Shown in pieces: positions 39,466-48,930 of a stretch of 64,000 nucleotides of DNA (its first letter is position 1; every line of letters begins with the position of its first letter). The stretch comes from an uncultured Bacilli bacterium (lineage in GTDB: Bacteria; Bacillota_I; Bacilli_A; RFN20; CAG-288): positions 52,187 through 116,186 of the forward strand of contig CALVXU010000030.1 of the NCBI GenBank assembly GCA_944371605.1, written 5' to 3'. Under the pieces are notes generated by a model. It worked only from the letters and a program-made list of their open reading frames with translations, had not been told where the DNA came from and made no database searches. The position numbers were made by a program, and so were the translations under genes.

Positions 39466-39744
39466 TTATTCTCCCTTCTTCACAATCGAGACTAAACGGA
39501 AACGTTTGTCATGACTGAGAGGACGGCATTCTTCAAAGATGACCACATCTCCGACATGAGCTAATTCTTCGCGATCATCAACTTTATACTTCTTGTAGGC
39601 GAGAACGCGCTTCTTATAAATCGGATGAGCTTTGTAGTTTCTAGTTTGGACGACGATTGTCTTTTGCATCTTATCAGAGATGACAGTTCCTTGAAGACGT
39701 CTTCTTGTAGAGGTCTTTGTGACCTTTGTATTTTCAGTAGCCAT
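39466..39744 (-). CDS. rpsQ: 30S ribosomal protein S17
   Basis: ORF track. Conserved S17. Confidence 0.95.
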   Translation of the reverse strand: MATENTKVTKTSTRRRLQGTVISDKMQKTIVVQTRNYKAHPIYKKRVLAYKKYKVDDREELAHVGDVVIFEECRPLSHDKRFRLVSIVKKGE

Positions 39745-39755
39745 TTTTTGACCTC

Positions 39756-39962
39756 CTATTCAGCTTGAGCCTTAGCTCTTTTGCGCTCATTTTCGACAGT
39801 GAGACATTTGGCGATGTCTTTGCGAACTTGAGTTATTTTCTTACCATTATCTAACTGACCGCTCTTAGCTTGGAATCTCAAGAAGAGAAGGCTCTCTTTG
39901 AGTTCGAAGACTTTATCAGCGAGATCTTTATCGGATAATTTTCTCACATCTTCAATTGTCAT
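39756..39962 (-). CDS. rpmC: 50S ribosomal protein L29
   Basis: ORF track, in operon position. Confidence 0.9.
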   Translation of the reverse strand: MTIEDVRKLSDKDLADKVFELKESLLFLRFQAKSGQLDNGKKITQVRKDIAKCLTVENERKRAKAQAE

Positions 39963-40381
39963 AAGCTATTCTCCTCGCCTTTCTTAATGACGCGTGAAGT
40001 CACTGATAACTTATAGCCAGCTTGGTGAAGTGCCTCGATAGCGTCAGCTGGAGCAACACCTCCAACTTCGAACATGACCGTTCCTCTTTCGACAACAGCG
40101 GACCAGGTCTCAACTGTACCTTTACCATTACCCATACGAACTTCGAGAGGTTTCTTAGTGATGCCTAAGTAAGGGAAGATACGAATATATGATTTACCAA
40201 TCTTTCTTGTATAACGAGCAAGAACAACACGAGCAGCTTCAATCTGTCTGTTGTTGATATAGCCACCCTCAGTAGCTACCAATCCGTATTCTCCGAAAGC
40301 GACGGTGTTACCACGGCTTGCTTTTGCCTTGGGTTTGATTAAATGGCTTCTGCGCCATTTGGTTCTTTTAGGTTGTAACAC
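39959..40381 (-). CDS. rplP: 50S ribosomal protein L16
   Basis: MLQPKRTKWRR... conserved L16. Confidence 0.95.
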   Translation of the reverse strand: MLQPKRTKWRRSHLIKPKAKASRGNTVAFGEYGLVATEGGYINNRQIEAARVVLARYTRKIGKSYIRIFPYLGITKKPLEVRMGNGKGTVETWSAVVERGTVMFEVGGVAPADAIEALHQAGYKLSVTSRVIKKGEENSL

Positions 40382-40383
40382 TT

Positions 40384-41187
40384 TTATTCTCCTTTCGCGC
40401 CATCAGCTTGATCTTTGCTGGCATTTGGAGTGACTGCAGGAGCGATGGTTTTATTATTTTGTGGACGAGAAGAGCGACGATTCTCACCGCGGTTAAAGCG
40501 AGAGCGAGGACCTCTTCTATCATCAGGGCGACGATCTCTTAACTCTTTGTAGTTATCAGGAAGAGCAATCCAAACTTTGACACCGATGACACCATAAGTG
40601 GTATGAGCATCCACATGAGCATAATCGATAGGTTGTCTTAAGGTATGTAATGATAAGACACCTTCACGATATTCTTCATAGCGAGCGATTTCAGCACCAC
40701 CGATACGGCCTTTGCTCATGGTTTTGCAGCCCTTAGCACCAGCTCTCATAACTTTTTGGATAGCCTTCTTTTGAACGACACGATAGCTACCTCTTTCTTC
40801 TAATTGCTTAGCGATATCTTTAGCTACCAAGACAGCGTCTAAATCAGGATTCTTGATTTCAACGATGTTGAGTTTGATGCTATCAGGATTCTTCTTAAGA
40901 ATCTTGACTAAATCAGCTCTGATAGCCTTGATAGTAGCAGATTCAGCTCCGATGACGAGAGCTGGATGAGAGACGTGAATGCTGATAGTGATATCTTTCT
41001 TGATTCTTTCGATATCGATATGAGAGAGACCAGCGCCTAATTTATCGAGCTTAGCCTCTAAATATCTACGAATATCGATATCTTCCTTCAAATAGACAGA
41101 GAAAGATTTTTTATCGGCATACCAGTGACTGGACCAGTCGCGGTTGATACCTAAACGCAATCCATTAGGATTAACTTTCTGACCCAT
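40384..41187 (-). CDS. rpsC: 30S ribosomal protein S3 (Arg-rich C-terminal extension)
   Basis: MGQKVNPNGLRLG... conserved S3. Confidence 0.95.
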   Translation of the reverse strand: MGQKVNPNGLRLGINRDWSSHWYADKKSFSVYLKEDIDIRRYLEAKLDKLGAGLSHIDIERIKKDITISIHVSHPALVIGAESATIKAIRADLVKILKKNPDSIKLNIVEIKNPDLDAVLVAKDIAKQLEERGSYRVVQKKAIQKVMRAGAKGCKTMSKGRIGGAEIARYEEYREGVLSLHTLRQPIDYAHVDAHTTYGVIGVKVWIALPDNYKELRDRRPDDRRGPRSRFNRGENRRSSRPQNNKTIAPAVTPNASKDQADGAKGE

Positions 41188-41188
41188 A

Positions 41189-41650
41189 TTACTTGGCCTC
41201 CCTATTCTTCAAAGTCACATAGATATGTGACCATCTTTTAACTAATCCGGAAGCAGAACCCTTAGCGCGTGGTAAGATTCTCTTCAATTTCATCGCATCA
41301 TTAGCAGTGATAGAAGCGATATAGAGCCCTTCTCTCTTCATGTGGAAGTTGTTGACAGCATTAGCTTCGCAAGACTTGATGAGCTTCTTGATAGCAGGAG
41401 CACATATTTTGCTAGTGTTATCTAAGATAGCATATGCTTCATCGATATCTTTGCCTCTGACTAAGTCGATGACCAAACGAACTTTTCGAGGAGTAGCACC
41501 GTAATTGTTGAGTTCAGCTTTGGCTTCAGTTCTTAAAGGCTCTTGTTCTTTAGCCTCTTCTTTATTCTTTTTAGCTTTAGCAGACTTGGCTTTAGGAGCT
41601 TTTTTAACTTCTTCAGCTTCAGTCACTTTCTTTTCTTCATTTTCAGCCAT
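41189..41650 (-). CDS. rplV: 50S ribosomal protein L22 (~45-aa Lys/Glu/Ala-rich N-terminal extension)
   Basis: Conserved L22 core after the extension. Confidence 0.95.
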   Translation of the reverse strand: MAENEEKKVTEAEEVKKAPKAKSAKAKKNKEEAKEQEPLRTEAKAELNNYGATPRKVRLVIDLVRGKDIDEAYAILDNTSKICAPAIKKLIKSCEANAVNNFHMKREGLYIASITANDAMKLKRILPRAKGSASGLVKRWSHIYVTLKNREAK

Positions 41651-41664
41651 GTTGTTAGCTCTCC

Positions 41665-41958
41665 TTACTTACCAGCTTTGCCACCAGTGGTAGCATCAGC
41701 TCCAGAACGATGGTGGGTGAAGGTGCGGGTGAAGACGAATTCACCTAATTTATGTCCGACCATGTCTTCAGTGATATAGACTGGGACAAAGGCACGACCA
41801 TTGTGAACAGAAATGGTATGTTCGATGAAGTCAGGGAAGATAGTAGAACGTCTTGACCAAGTTTTGATGACTTCTTTCTTACCAGACTTATTTTGTTCTT
41901 GAATTTTCTTTAAGAGTTTAGGATCACAATAAGGACCTTTTTTTAAGCTTCTTGACAT
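41665..41958 (-). CDS. rpsS: 30S ribosomal protein S19
   Basis: [10 protein letters not shown]... conserved S19. Confidence 0.95.
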   Translation of the reverse strand: MSRSLKKGPYCDPKLLKKIQEQNKSGKKEVIKTWSRRSTIFPDFIEHTISVHNGRAFVPVYITEDMVGHKLGEFVFTRTFTHHRSGADATTGGKAGK

Positions 41959-41977
41959 TTATTCAGTGCCCTCCTAA

Positions 41978-42805
41978 TTACTTATCGCGTCTTCTGACGA
42001 TGAGACGATTAGTTCTAGCTTTACGAGAACGAGTCTTGACGCCCATAAGTCTTCTACCCCAAGGGGATCTAGGAGCATCATGACCGATCGGTGATTTACC
42101 TTCACCACCGCCATGAGGGTGATCGTTAGGATTCATGACAGAACCTCTGACAGTAGGTCTTTCACCTAACCATCTAGTTTTGCCAGCTTTACCCTTATGT
42201 ACAAGGTTGTAATCTTCATTACCGACAACACCGATAGTAGCACGGCAGGTCAATAGGACTTTTCTAACCTCAGAAGAAGCTAAGCGAAGAATCGCATATT
42301 TTCCTTCTTTACCTAAGATTTGAGCAGAAGTGCCGGCAGCTCTGCAAACTTGTCCTCCCTTACCAGGTTCAAGTTCGATGTTATGAATCATGATACCTTC
42401 AGGGATACTGCCGATTTCCATACAATTGCCAGTCATGATTTCACCGGTCTTTCCATCAGTGACCTTTTGACCGACAGTCAAGCCTTTAGGGCAAATGATA
42501 TATCTCTTAACACCGTGTTCATTAGCGATTAAAGCGATGCGGCAGTTTCTATTTGGATCGTATTCAATCGCCTTAACTGTAGCGACTTCGTCTCCGCCTC
42601 TCTTAAAATCGATAACACGATATTTTCTCTTATTACCACCACCGATGTGACGGCAAGTGATATAGCCTTGGAAGTTACGACCACCAGTTTTGCTAAGAGG
42701 TCTTAACAATGCTTTTTCAGGAGCTTTTTTCGTGAGATCGCTAGAGGATAAAGTGGAGAGATGTCTCATACCCGGAGTGAGCGGGTTATATTGTTTAATA
42801 GCCAT
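41978..42805 (-). CDS. rplB: 50S ribosomal protein L2
   Basis: Conserved L2 (...[12 protein letters not shown]...). Confidence 0.95.
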   Translation of the reverse strand: MAIKQYNPLTPGMRHLSTLSSSDLTKKAPEKALLRPLSKTGGRNFQGYITCRHIGGGNKRKYRVIDFKRGGDEVATVKAIEYDPNRNCRIALIANEHGVKRYIICPKGLTVGQKVTDGKTGEIMTGNCMEIGSIPEGIMIHNIELEPGKGGQVCRAAGTSAQILGKEGKYAILRLASSEVRKVLLTCRATIGVVGNEDYNLVHKGKAGKTRWLGERPTVRGSVMNPNDHPHGGGEGKSPIGHDAPRSPWGRRLMGVKTRSRKARTNRLIVRRRDK

Positions 42806-42832
42806 ATTTATCTCCTATAATTTGCTTTACTA

Positions 42833-43300
42833 TTATTCTTTGTCATCAGAATTTGCTTGTCTCTCTTCATTAGCATAAGCGTCTTGAATCTTACCTAAAT
42901 CGAAAGAGGAATCAAATCTAATGATAGCTTTTTTATAATCTGGCAATTTGCCGACATAGCGACCGACTCTTCTCTGCTTGCCGATGACATTGCGAGTATT
43001 AACAGATTTGACTTTAGCTTGGAAGATGGCTTGAACAGCAGCCTTGATCTCAAGCTTAGTAGCCTTCTTATCAACAGCGAAGACAAGGGCATTTTCCTTA
43101 TCTCTAAGAGCCATGGTTTCTTCAGTAGCAATGATGTGCTTTAAGATGCTGAAGTCTTTTAAGATGGCAGGACGAGTTTGATAAGGGGTGATAGTGGGTT
43201 GAGCTTCTTCGACCTTTTCAGATTTCTTAGCTCTAGTCTTCTTAACTTTTTTAGGTTCTTCAGCTTCATTTTGAAGCTCTTGTTTTAATTCTTCAGCCAT
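42833..43300 (-). CDS. rplW: 50S ribosomal protein L23 (~55-aa charged N-terminal extension)
   Basis: Conserved L23 core (ILKHIIATEETM...), in operon position. Confidence 0.9.
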   Translation of the reverse strand: MAEELKQELQNEAEEPKKVKKTRAKKSEKVEEAQPTITPYQTRPAILKDFSILKHIIATEETMALRDKENALVFAVDKKATKLEIKAAVQAIFQAKVKSVNTRNVIGKQRRVGRYVGKLPDYKKAIIRFDSSFDLGKIQDAYANEERQANSDDKE

Positions 43301-43980
43301 TATTCAGCAGCCTCCTGAACATCTTGATCACCAGTAACAAATTCTTTAGTAAGAATAAGTTTGTTAGCATTGAGAATATCGTAGACAGAAACATTATCAG
43401 GAGTTACAAGCTTAACATTAGAGAGGTTTTTAGCAGCTTTGATAAGGTTTTCATCCCAGTGATATTCACCAGTCTTTTCATCCTTGATCGGATAGATGAC
43501 TAATAAGTTTTTCTTGTCATCAGCTTTGATAGCAGATAAAGCTTTGACAAAGTCTTTAGTCTTATCTGATTTGAAGCCTTCATTAGCTAAAACGATTATT
43601 CCATCAGTTTCAGCTTTTTCAGATAAAGCAGAGATAAAGGCGATGTAAGCTTCAGTTTTGTTCATTTTTAATTTGAAGCTCTGCTTACCATCCGGTCCAT
43701 GAACGACACCACCATGTCTCCAAATAGGTGAATTTGTGGTACCAGCTCTAGCTCTACCAGTATGTTTTTGACCATAAGGTTTACGATTAGAGCCATGAAC
43801 GATTGAGCGGTCGAGAGTATGAGCAGTACTGACGCGGCGATTAGCTAAATCAGTTCTTACAGCTCTTTGAATAGCAGCGTGGTTAACTTCAACGTTGAAC
43901 ACTTCTTCGGGAAGAGTGATTTTCTCAATCTCTTTTCCCTCATAATTCACTACAGGAAGAATAATTTCTTTGTTAGACAT
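43300..43980 (-). CDS. rplD: 50S ribosomal protein L4
   Basis: ORF track. Conserved L4 (...PYGQKHTGRARAG...). Confidence 0.95.
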   Translation of the reverse strand: MSNKEIILPVVNYEGKEIEKITLPEEVFNVEVNHAAIQRAVRTDLANRRVSTAHTLDRSIVHGSNRKPYGQKHTGRARAGTTNSPIWRHGGVVHGPDGKQSFKLKMNKTEAYIAFISALSEKAETDGIIVLANEGFKSDKTKDFVKALSAIKADDKKNLLVIYPIKDEKTGEYHWDENLIKAAKNLSNVKLVTPDNVSVYDILNANKLILTKEFVTGDQDVQEAAE

Positions 43981-43994
43981 TTTACAGCTCCTTC

Positions 43995-44801
43995 CTATTT
44001 ATTCTTCTTACCAGAGTTGGTAAGAGATTTATTAGCGCTGTTTTTCTTTTGACCGATATCTACTTTTTCAGGAGCGATCTTAGATAACATTTCAGCGTTC
44101 TTCTTTTCGATATCTTTGATCGATTCAGCAGTGTAGTCAACGATAGTTCCGACAGCAAACGGTTTGCAAGTTCTCTTGATAGCAGTTCTGATCTTGATGA
44201 TAGAGAGGTTCGGACCAGGGACAGATCCTCTGATCAATAAGCAATTCTTCTCCCCATCCACTTTGACGATAGGCAAGTGAAGAATAGTTCTTCTCTTCGG
44301 TCTCCATTGACCAGACATTTTCTTTCCGGCATGAACACGATTGTTGCAGCGTCCATTAGTAGCTAAAGAACCGATTTGTCTATGATAGCCAGAACCATGT
44401 CCTTTAGGACCGATGTGAGCATGATAACGTTTGATGATACCAGAATAGCCATGGCCTTTGCTTAAGCCAGTGACATCTACCATATCTCCAACGTTGAAGA
44501 TAGTGCAATCGATTTGAGAACCGACTTCATGATTAGAATAGATTTCATCACCTTCTAATTCTCTAACGACGTATTTTGGAGTAGTATTAGCCTTTTTAGC
44601 AAGTCCGATTTCACACTTGTTGGCTCTGGACTCCTTTTTGTCTTCATAACCTACTTGAAGAGCTTCATAGCCATCTTTTTCTTTGGTTTTCTTTTGTAAG
44701 ACAACGTTTGGAAGCACTTCGACGACAGTGACTGGATAGCAGGCTCCATCTTCAGTGAAGACAGAAGTCATTCCAATCTTTCTTCCGATAATGGATTTCA
44801 T
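43995..44801 (-). CDS. rplC: 50S ribosomal protein L3 (C-terminal extension)
   Basis: MKSIIGRKIGMTSVF... conserved L3. Confidence 0.95.
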   Translation of the reverse strand: MKSIIGRKIGMTSVFTEDGACYPVTVVEVLPNVVLQKKTKEKDGYEALQVGYEDKKESRANKCEIGLAKKANTTPKYVVRELEGDEIYSNHEVGSQIDCTIFNVGDMVDVTGLSKGHGYSGIIKRYHAHIGPKGHGSGYHRQIGSLATNGRCNNRVHAGKKMSGQWRPKRRTILHLPIVKVDGEKNCLLIRGSVPGPNLSIIKIRTAIKRTCKPFAVGTIVDYTAESIKDIEKKNAEMLSKIAPEKVDIGQKKNSANKSLTNSGKKNK

Positions 44802-44821
44802 AAATTGAGTCTCCCTCCTAA

Positions 44822-45133
44822 TTAAAGCTTGATCTCAACATCGACTCCAGCGGGAAGATCGAGATTCTTAAGAATGTCGATAGTCTGCTTAGTCGGGCGG
44901 TTGATGTCGATGAGTCTCTTATGAGTTCTGATTTCAAACTGTTCACGAGAATCTTTATCGACGAACGGAGAACGTAAGATAGTAAAGATCTGTTTCTCAG
45001 TCGGTAAGGGAATCGGACCTACGACTGTAGCACCAGTTCTTTTAGCAGCTTCAACAATTTTGCTGACTGCTTGGTCAAGGACCTTGTGATCATAGCCCTT
45101 GAGACGGACACGAATGTTTTTGTTTTCTGCCAT
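44822..45133 (-). CDS. rpsJ: 30S ribosomal protein S10
   Basis: Start set at [20 protein letters not shown] (45133) behind an AAGGAGGA Shine-Dalgarno site. Confidence 0.95.
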   Translation of the reverse strand: MAENKNIRVRLKGYDHKVLDQAVSKIVEAAKRTGATVVGPIPLPTEKQIFTILRSPFVDKDSREQFEIRTHKRLIDINRPTKQTIDILKNLDLPAGVDVEIKL

Positions 45134-45264
45134 ATATTGGTTTCCTCCTTGCCTAAGATCTTGTTTAGGCATCCGTTCGGTATGAATTACCCGAATACAT
45201 CGACAACCCCTGTCGGCGTTTCGGCAACTTCACACGTCAATACGGGCTGAAATGGCATTCAGCG
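45134..45264 (-). promoter_or_regulatory. Structured ~130-nt 5' leader of the S10 operon (candidate autoregulatory leader)
   Basis: Relatively GC-rich for this genome. Four hairpins by eye on the minus strand: GCUGAA/UUCAGC, CGACA/UGUCG, UUCGGGUA/UACCGAA (bulged), and GCCUAA/UUAGGC abutting the Shine-Dalgarno site. Confidence 0.35.
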
Positions 45265-45270
45265 AAGAAA

Positions 45271-45299
45271 AGTTTACTCTTATGTCACTCATAAGTCAA
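45271..45299 (-). promoter_or_regulatory. Promoter of the S10-spc-alpha superoperon
   Basis: Minus-strand TTGACT, 17-nt spacer, TAAACT, with an A-rich UP-like tract upstream. The spacer contains the inverted repeat CTTATG-N5-CATAAG. Confidence 0.55.
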
Positions 45300-45406
45300 T
45301 AACTTTTTTACTTTTTTTCTTATATATTATAAGGTATGTGATTAGTTACAACCCTTCACGGCGTTTCTTAGTGACAATTGTATCAAAAAATATTAGAATA
45401 AAACAT

Positions 45407-46510
45407 ATGAAAATTATAAATATTCATAAATTAACTGAACAAATCAATCGTCTGTTGCGCCAGCTAGAATTAAATCAAGAAGCTAGCGAATTATATAACA
45501 TATATTTGACTGATAGATATGATTACATTGATAAAAAAATGATCAATGATATCAAAAGCGATGGCAGTAGCTTAGAAGAAGCTTTTTATCAATCCTTTCT
45601 TGACGTTTTAGAAATTAATGATTCTGATGAGCTTTCCGCCATCGAGAGTTCTTGTCTCTTTTCCAAAGTCCATAAGTTAGAGATTTCAGATTATCTATCT
45701 GATCCATATATAAAAAAAATTCGGCCTCGTATCTCCAAAAAGGGAGAATGGGAAATCAAATACAACTTTTATGAACCTTTTGAAGGATTCATTTTTGATG
45801 GTATTAAAATAGGAATTAACTATGCCGAGATTTCTTCGCTAGGCTTTTTTTCTGAAAGCTTTCCATATCTAGAAGTTTTACATAATGATAAAGTTTTCAT
45901 GTTGATCACTCCCCATGAAATAAACACTATGAAAAAACCGATAGCCATGTGCAAAGGAAAAGTTTTAGCACTCGGATTAGGTTTAGGATATTTTCCATAT
46001 TCTGCAGCCTTAAAATCCGATGTATCAGAAGTCGTTGTGGTTGAAAAAGAGCAGGCGGTTATAGATTTATTCACTGAACAGATTGCGCCGCTTATGAACA
46101 CGAATAAAATCAAGATTATTAAGGCTGATGCATTTGACTATTTAGAATCTTTACAAAACACAAATGAATACAACCATATTTTCTTTGACATATATCATTC
46201 TGCTGAAGAAGCATTGCCTCTCTATCTCAAAGCTAAAAAATACGCTAATCGTTTGACCAAATCACAATTCAGCTTTTGGATTGAAGAGGATATCATATGC
46301 CTGATTAGAAGATATCTGCTCACTTTAATCAATGAGTCATTGATAGGATATGCAGATTCTGATTATAAGAATGCACAAACTGATGAAGACAAGATGATAA
46401 ATTTATTTTATCAGCTCACCAAAGAAGAAACGATTTGCGATGAAGAGCAATTGATGGACTTTCTATCAGATGAAAATATCAAAAAGCTCTGTGCTAAAGC
46501 GTCTTTATAA
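45407..46510 (+). CDS. Class I SAM-dependent methyltransferase / spermidine-synthase-like protein with an uncharacterised N-terminal domain
   Basis: The C-terminal half has GKVLALGLGLGYF (motif I), VVVVEKE (acidic loop) and IIKADAFDYL. The N-terminal ~190 aa is unrecognised. Start set at MKIINIHK (45407). Confidence 0.55.
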   Translation: MKIINIHKLTEQINRLLRQLELNQEASELYNIYLTDRYDYIDKKMINDIKSDGSSLEEAFYQSFLDVLEINDSDELSAIESSCLFSKVHKLEISDYLSDPYIKKIRPRISKKGEWEIKYNFYEPFEGFIFDGIKIGINYAEISSLGFFSESFPYLEVLHNDKVFMLITPHEINTMKKPIAMCKGKVLALGLGLGYFPYSAALKSDVSEVVVVEKEQAVIDLFTEQIAPLMNTNKIKIIKADAFDYLESLQNTNEYNHIFFDIYHSAEEALPLYLKAKKYANRLTKSQFSFWIEEDIICLIRRYLLTLINESLIGYADSDYKNAQTDEDKMINLFYQLTKEETICDEEQLMDFLSDENIKKLCAKASL

Positions 46511-46564
46511 AGCATTACCATTTTAGATAAATTCGTTTTTATAACTATATAAGCAAATAAAAAG

Positions 46565-46644
46565 TGGGGTTAAAGAGATTCGAACTCTCATGATTGCTCA
46601 CTAGAACCTGAATCTAGCGCGTCTACCAGTTCCGCCATAACCCC
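46565..46644 (-). tRNA. tRNA-Leu (anticodon CAG), class II
   Basis: Manual cloverleaf: acceptor GGGGTTA/TAACCCC, anticodon arm CTAGA-TTCAGGT-TCTAG, 11-nt variable arm, T-arm GAGAG-TTCGAAT-CTCTT. Confidence 0.85.
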
Positions 46645-46785
46645 AGCAATTATCTAATATAATATAAAAGCAACGATATTACAAACAAATATAAAAGATT
46701 TTAGATTATTTATAAAAGGCAAATTATTTATGCATCTTATATTATATTAATCAAATTGCCCCTAGTAGATATATATTAATATCAA

Positions 46786-48618
46786 CTATGAGTTTGTAAA
46801 AAATTCAACTATTTTATTCCAAATATTAATAAAAAATAACACTATTGCTTCCCAAAAGCTTATCGACTGGTCAGTGACATTGATATCTTCTTTACCAATC
46901 ACCTTCACAGTTAACATGATAAGTTCTTCACTTTCGTCATCTGCAACTAAATGTAGTTTCATTTGATAAAGGCCAACAGATAAATTATTTGTTAGATTCT
47001 CTCCTTCAATTATCTCTTTAGTGACATAATTTTTATTTGGTATCAATGCCTGTCTAATCAATGATTCAGTGATTTCATCTAAAGTTGGCACGTCTCCTTG
47101 TGTGACAGTTAAAAACGACTCTTTCGCATAGAAAATTGGTCCTTCGTTATCTTGAACTAAAATTATCATCTTCTTTGTTGAAACATTTCCAGAAGAGTCA
47201 ATAGCTTCTACTTCTACAATATGAGAACCTATTTCATTTTCATGACCTGAATATTCATTATTAACGATTTCTACTTCTAATTCACCATCTATTTCATCAT
47301 AAGCTGTAAATAATGATTTTATATATGTTTCACTCACGGTTTTTGTCGGTGACAAAACCATCTCGTCTTGTTCAGATTCGATGACAGGACTGATATCATC
47401 ATATAATTCTAAGCCAAAATCTAGTGTTGATATGTTATTGAAACTATCACTGACAATAAGTCGGCATGGAAAAGAGCCTATTTGATCAGTAGGAACATCC
47501 AATCCAGACTGTAACTTTACGCTCATTGTTAACTGCTTATCATAATTGTCTTTCACTATAAAAAAGCGATTGATAAATTCTGCAGAATTCAAATCGCTGG
47601 TATAAGAAACTCTTTTAACTTTATTATCAAAAGCCTGCACTGTCGGAGCCCTTTTATCAAACACTGTGAAATTAATAGTGATTTTTGAAATGTTATTAGC
47701 TTTATCTCTAGCTATTAAATAAATGGTGAATTTACTACCTATATCAGCTTTAGCTCCATATGTAAAATAATTATTAGGATCTTCAATCTCTGTTATATGA
47801 CATAGCTCGCCATCATATTCATCTCGAAAGGCAAATGAATTTAATAAAAAATCTTTTGAGTATATAGTTCCATATTGGCTTATTAAATTATAAACTGGAT
47901 GTGAACCGATATTGGCAGTATAGTCCCTTCTACTACAATCGTTTTTAGTATATTTCTCATTGATCAAAGGAATGGGATCAAGCACTTCTTCAAATATACT
48001 GGCATTAACGATTCTTTCTGGACAATCGCCATATGTCAAACGTATATAATTTAACTTGTATCCTTCATACATGCTAAAAGTGAATAAAGCGGCATGTGAC
48101 TTCGTCCAAAAAGTCATGAATGGAGAAATTAAACTTGAGGGATAATTTGCTGGAAATACGTACACATCATCATCTTTTAAAAATATCTCATCAAATGAAT
48201 TAGCATTTACATAATTATCAACAATCAAGTCGCCTTGACCAGGTATTTCTACTGATATTTCAAATCCCAATTTACCTATATATTCAGCAGTGATAAATTG
48301 ATGTGGATCTTTATCAAATTGAATAGAAGCCATAAACCTACCACTTTTAGACCAAGTCAGTTTTGGAATAGGCTTGCCATTGATATCTCCAGCTTTACCA
48401 CCGATTTCAACTATTCCAGAATCTGGATAGTTTCCATAAAAGCCTCTAGGTAAAAAATTATGTTGTGATTCATATATCAGATTTCCATTCACACAAACAC
48501 TAGTATAATTTCCATCTTGATCAAGACGTTTTTTTTCGTTTGCTTCCGTTATTTGTGGCATGCTTGCTGCTAATGGCATCAATAATGTAACAAATAATAA
48601 TGTTTTCAATGCTTTCAT
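46786..48618 (-). CDS. Secreted/surface protein: signal peptide, ~250-aa N-terminal domain, 3-4 tandem Ig-like (DUF5011/HYR-style) repeats, C-terminal TM anchor
   Basis: Start set at MKALKTLLFVTLLMPLAASM behind a GAGAGGTG Shine-Dalgarno site. The repeated pattern is ...G(S)xxxxxLxAxDxxxN(I/V)Sxxxxxxx(V/L)xDxxxP(T/V/I), seen in ARDKANNIS...DKRAPTV, VSDSFNNIS...DDISPVI and AIDSSGNVS...DNEGPIF. Hydrophobic C-terminus FWEAIVLFFINIW. TAG stop. Confidence 0.7.
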   Translation of the reverse strand: MKALKTLLFVTLLMPLAASMPQITEANEKKRLDQDGNYTSVCVNGNLIYESQHNFLPRGFYGNYPDSGIVEIGGKAGDINGKPIPKLTWSKSGRFMASIQFDKDPHQFITAEYIGKLGFEISVEIPGQGDLIVDNYVNANSFDEIFLKDDDVYVFPANYPSSLISPFMTFWTKSHAALFTFSMYEGYKLNYIRLTYGDCPERIVNASIFEEVLDPIPLINEKYTKNDCSRRDYTANIGSHPVYNLISQYGTIYSKDFLLNSFAFRDEYDGELCHITEIEDPNNYFTYGAKADIGSKFTIYLIARDKANNISKITINFTVFDKRAPTVQAFDNKVKRVSYTSDLNSAEFINRFFIVKDNYDKQLTMSVKLQSGLDVPTDQIGSFPCRLIVSDSFNNISTLDFGLELYDDISPVIESEQDEMVLSPTKTVSETYIKSLFTAYDEIDGELEVEIVNNEYSGHENEIGSHIVEVEAIDSSGNVSTKKMIILVQDNEGPIFYAKESFLTVTQGDVPTLDEITESLIRQALIPNKNYVTKEIIEGENLTNNLSVGLYQMKLHLVADDESEELIMLTVKVIGKEDINVTDQSISFWEAIVLFFINIWNKIVEFFTNS

Positions 48619-48700
48619 ATTGAAACACCTCTCACTTAACATTAGCAATATCCAGTTTTTTTGTTCGAATTTTATTGATATATGATATACTTTTTTAGCT

Positions 48701-48775
48701 GCTCCCATAGCTCAGTCTGGATAGAGCGACCGCCTCCTAAGCGGTAGGCCATCGGTTCAAATCTGATTGGGAGCG
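48701..48775 (+). tRNA. tRNA-Arg (anticodon CCU)
   Basis: Manual cloverleaf: acceptor GCTCCCA/TGGGAGC, anticodon arm ACCGC-CTCCTAA-GCGGT. Confidence 0.85.
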
Positions 48776-48846
48776 TTTTTTATTGGAATCATTAAAATAT
48801 ATTTCTTGCTTTTTTCTTTTTCCTAGCGTATGTTAACTATTGATTT

Positions 48847-48921
48847 GTGCCCGTAGCTCAGCCAGGAAAGAGCATAAGCCTCCGAAGCTTAGTGTCAAGG
48901 GTTCAAATCCCTTCGGGCACA
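48847..48921 (+). tRNA. tRNA-Arg (anticodon CCG)
   Basis: Manual cloverleaf: acceptor GTGCCCG/CGGGCAC, anticodon arm TAAGC-CTCCGAA-GCTTA, T-arm AAGGG-TTCAAAT-CCCTT. Confidence 0.85.
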
Positions 48922-48930
48922 GAATAAGAT

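Noticed and set aside
39094-39495. Long antisense or alternate-frame ORFs inside the r-protein operon and other conserved genes, e.g. 39094..39495 (+), 39122..39370 (-), 41543..41779 (+), 22007..22492 (-), 4434..4790 (-), 49509..49901 (-).
   Set aside because: Each lies entirely within a strongly conserved gene on the opposite strand or in another frame. They have low-complexity or odd composition and no Shine-Dalgarno site. These are typical shadow ORFs.
48619-48708. N-terminal extensions of track ORFs: 46786..48708, 49318..50142, 45338..46510, 51158..52255, 7123..7953, 25457..25816, 44822..45172, 20371..21477.
   Set aside because: The extensions overlap tRNA genes, the CIRCE/promoter element or neighbouring genes, and lack Shine-Dalgarno sites. 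Internal Met codons with good Shine-Dalgarno sites and family-typical N-termini were used instead.
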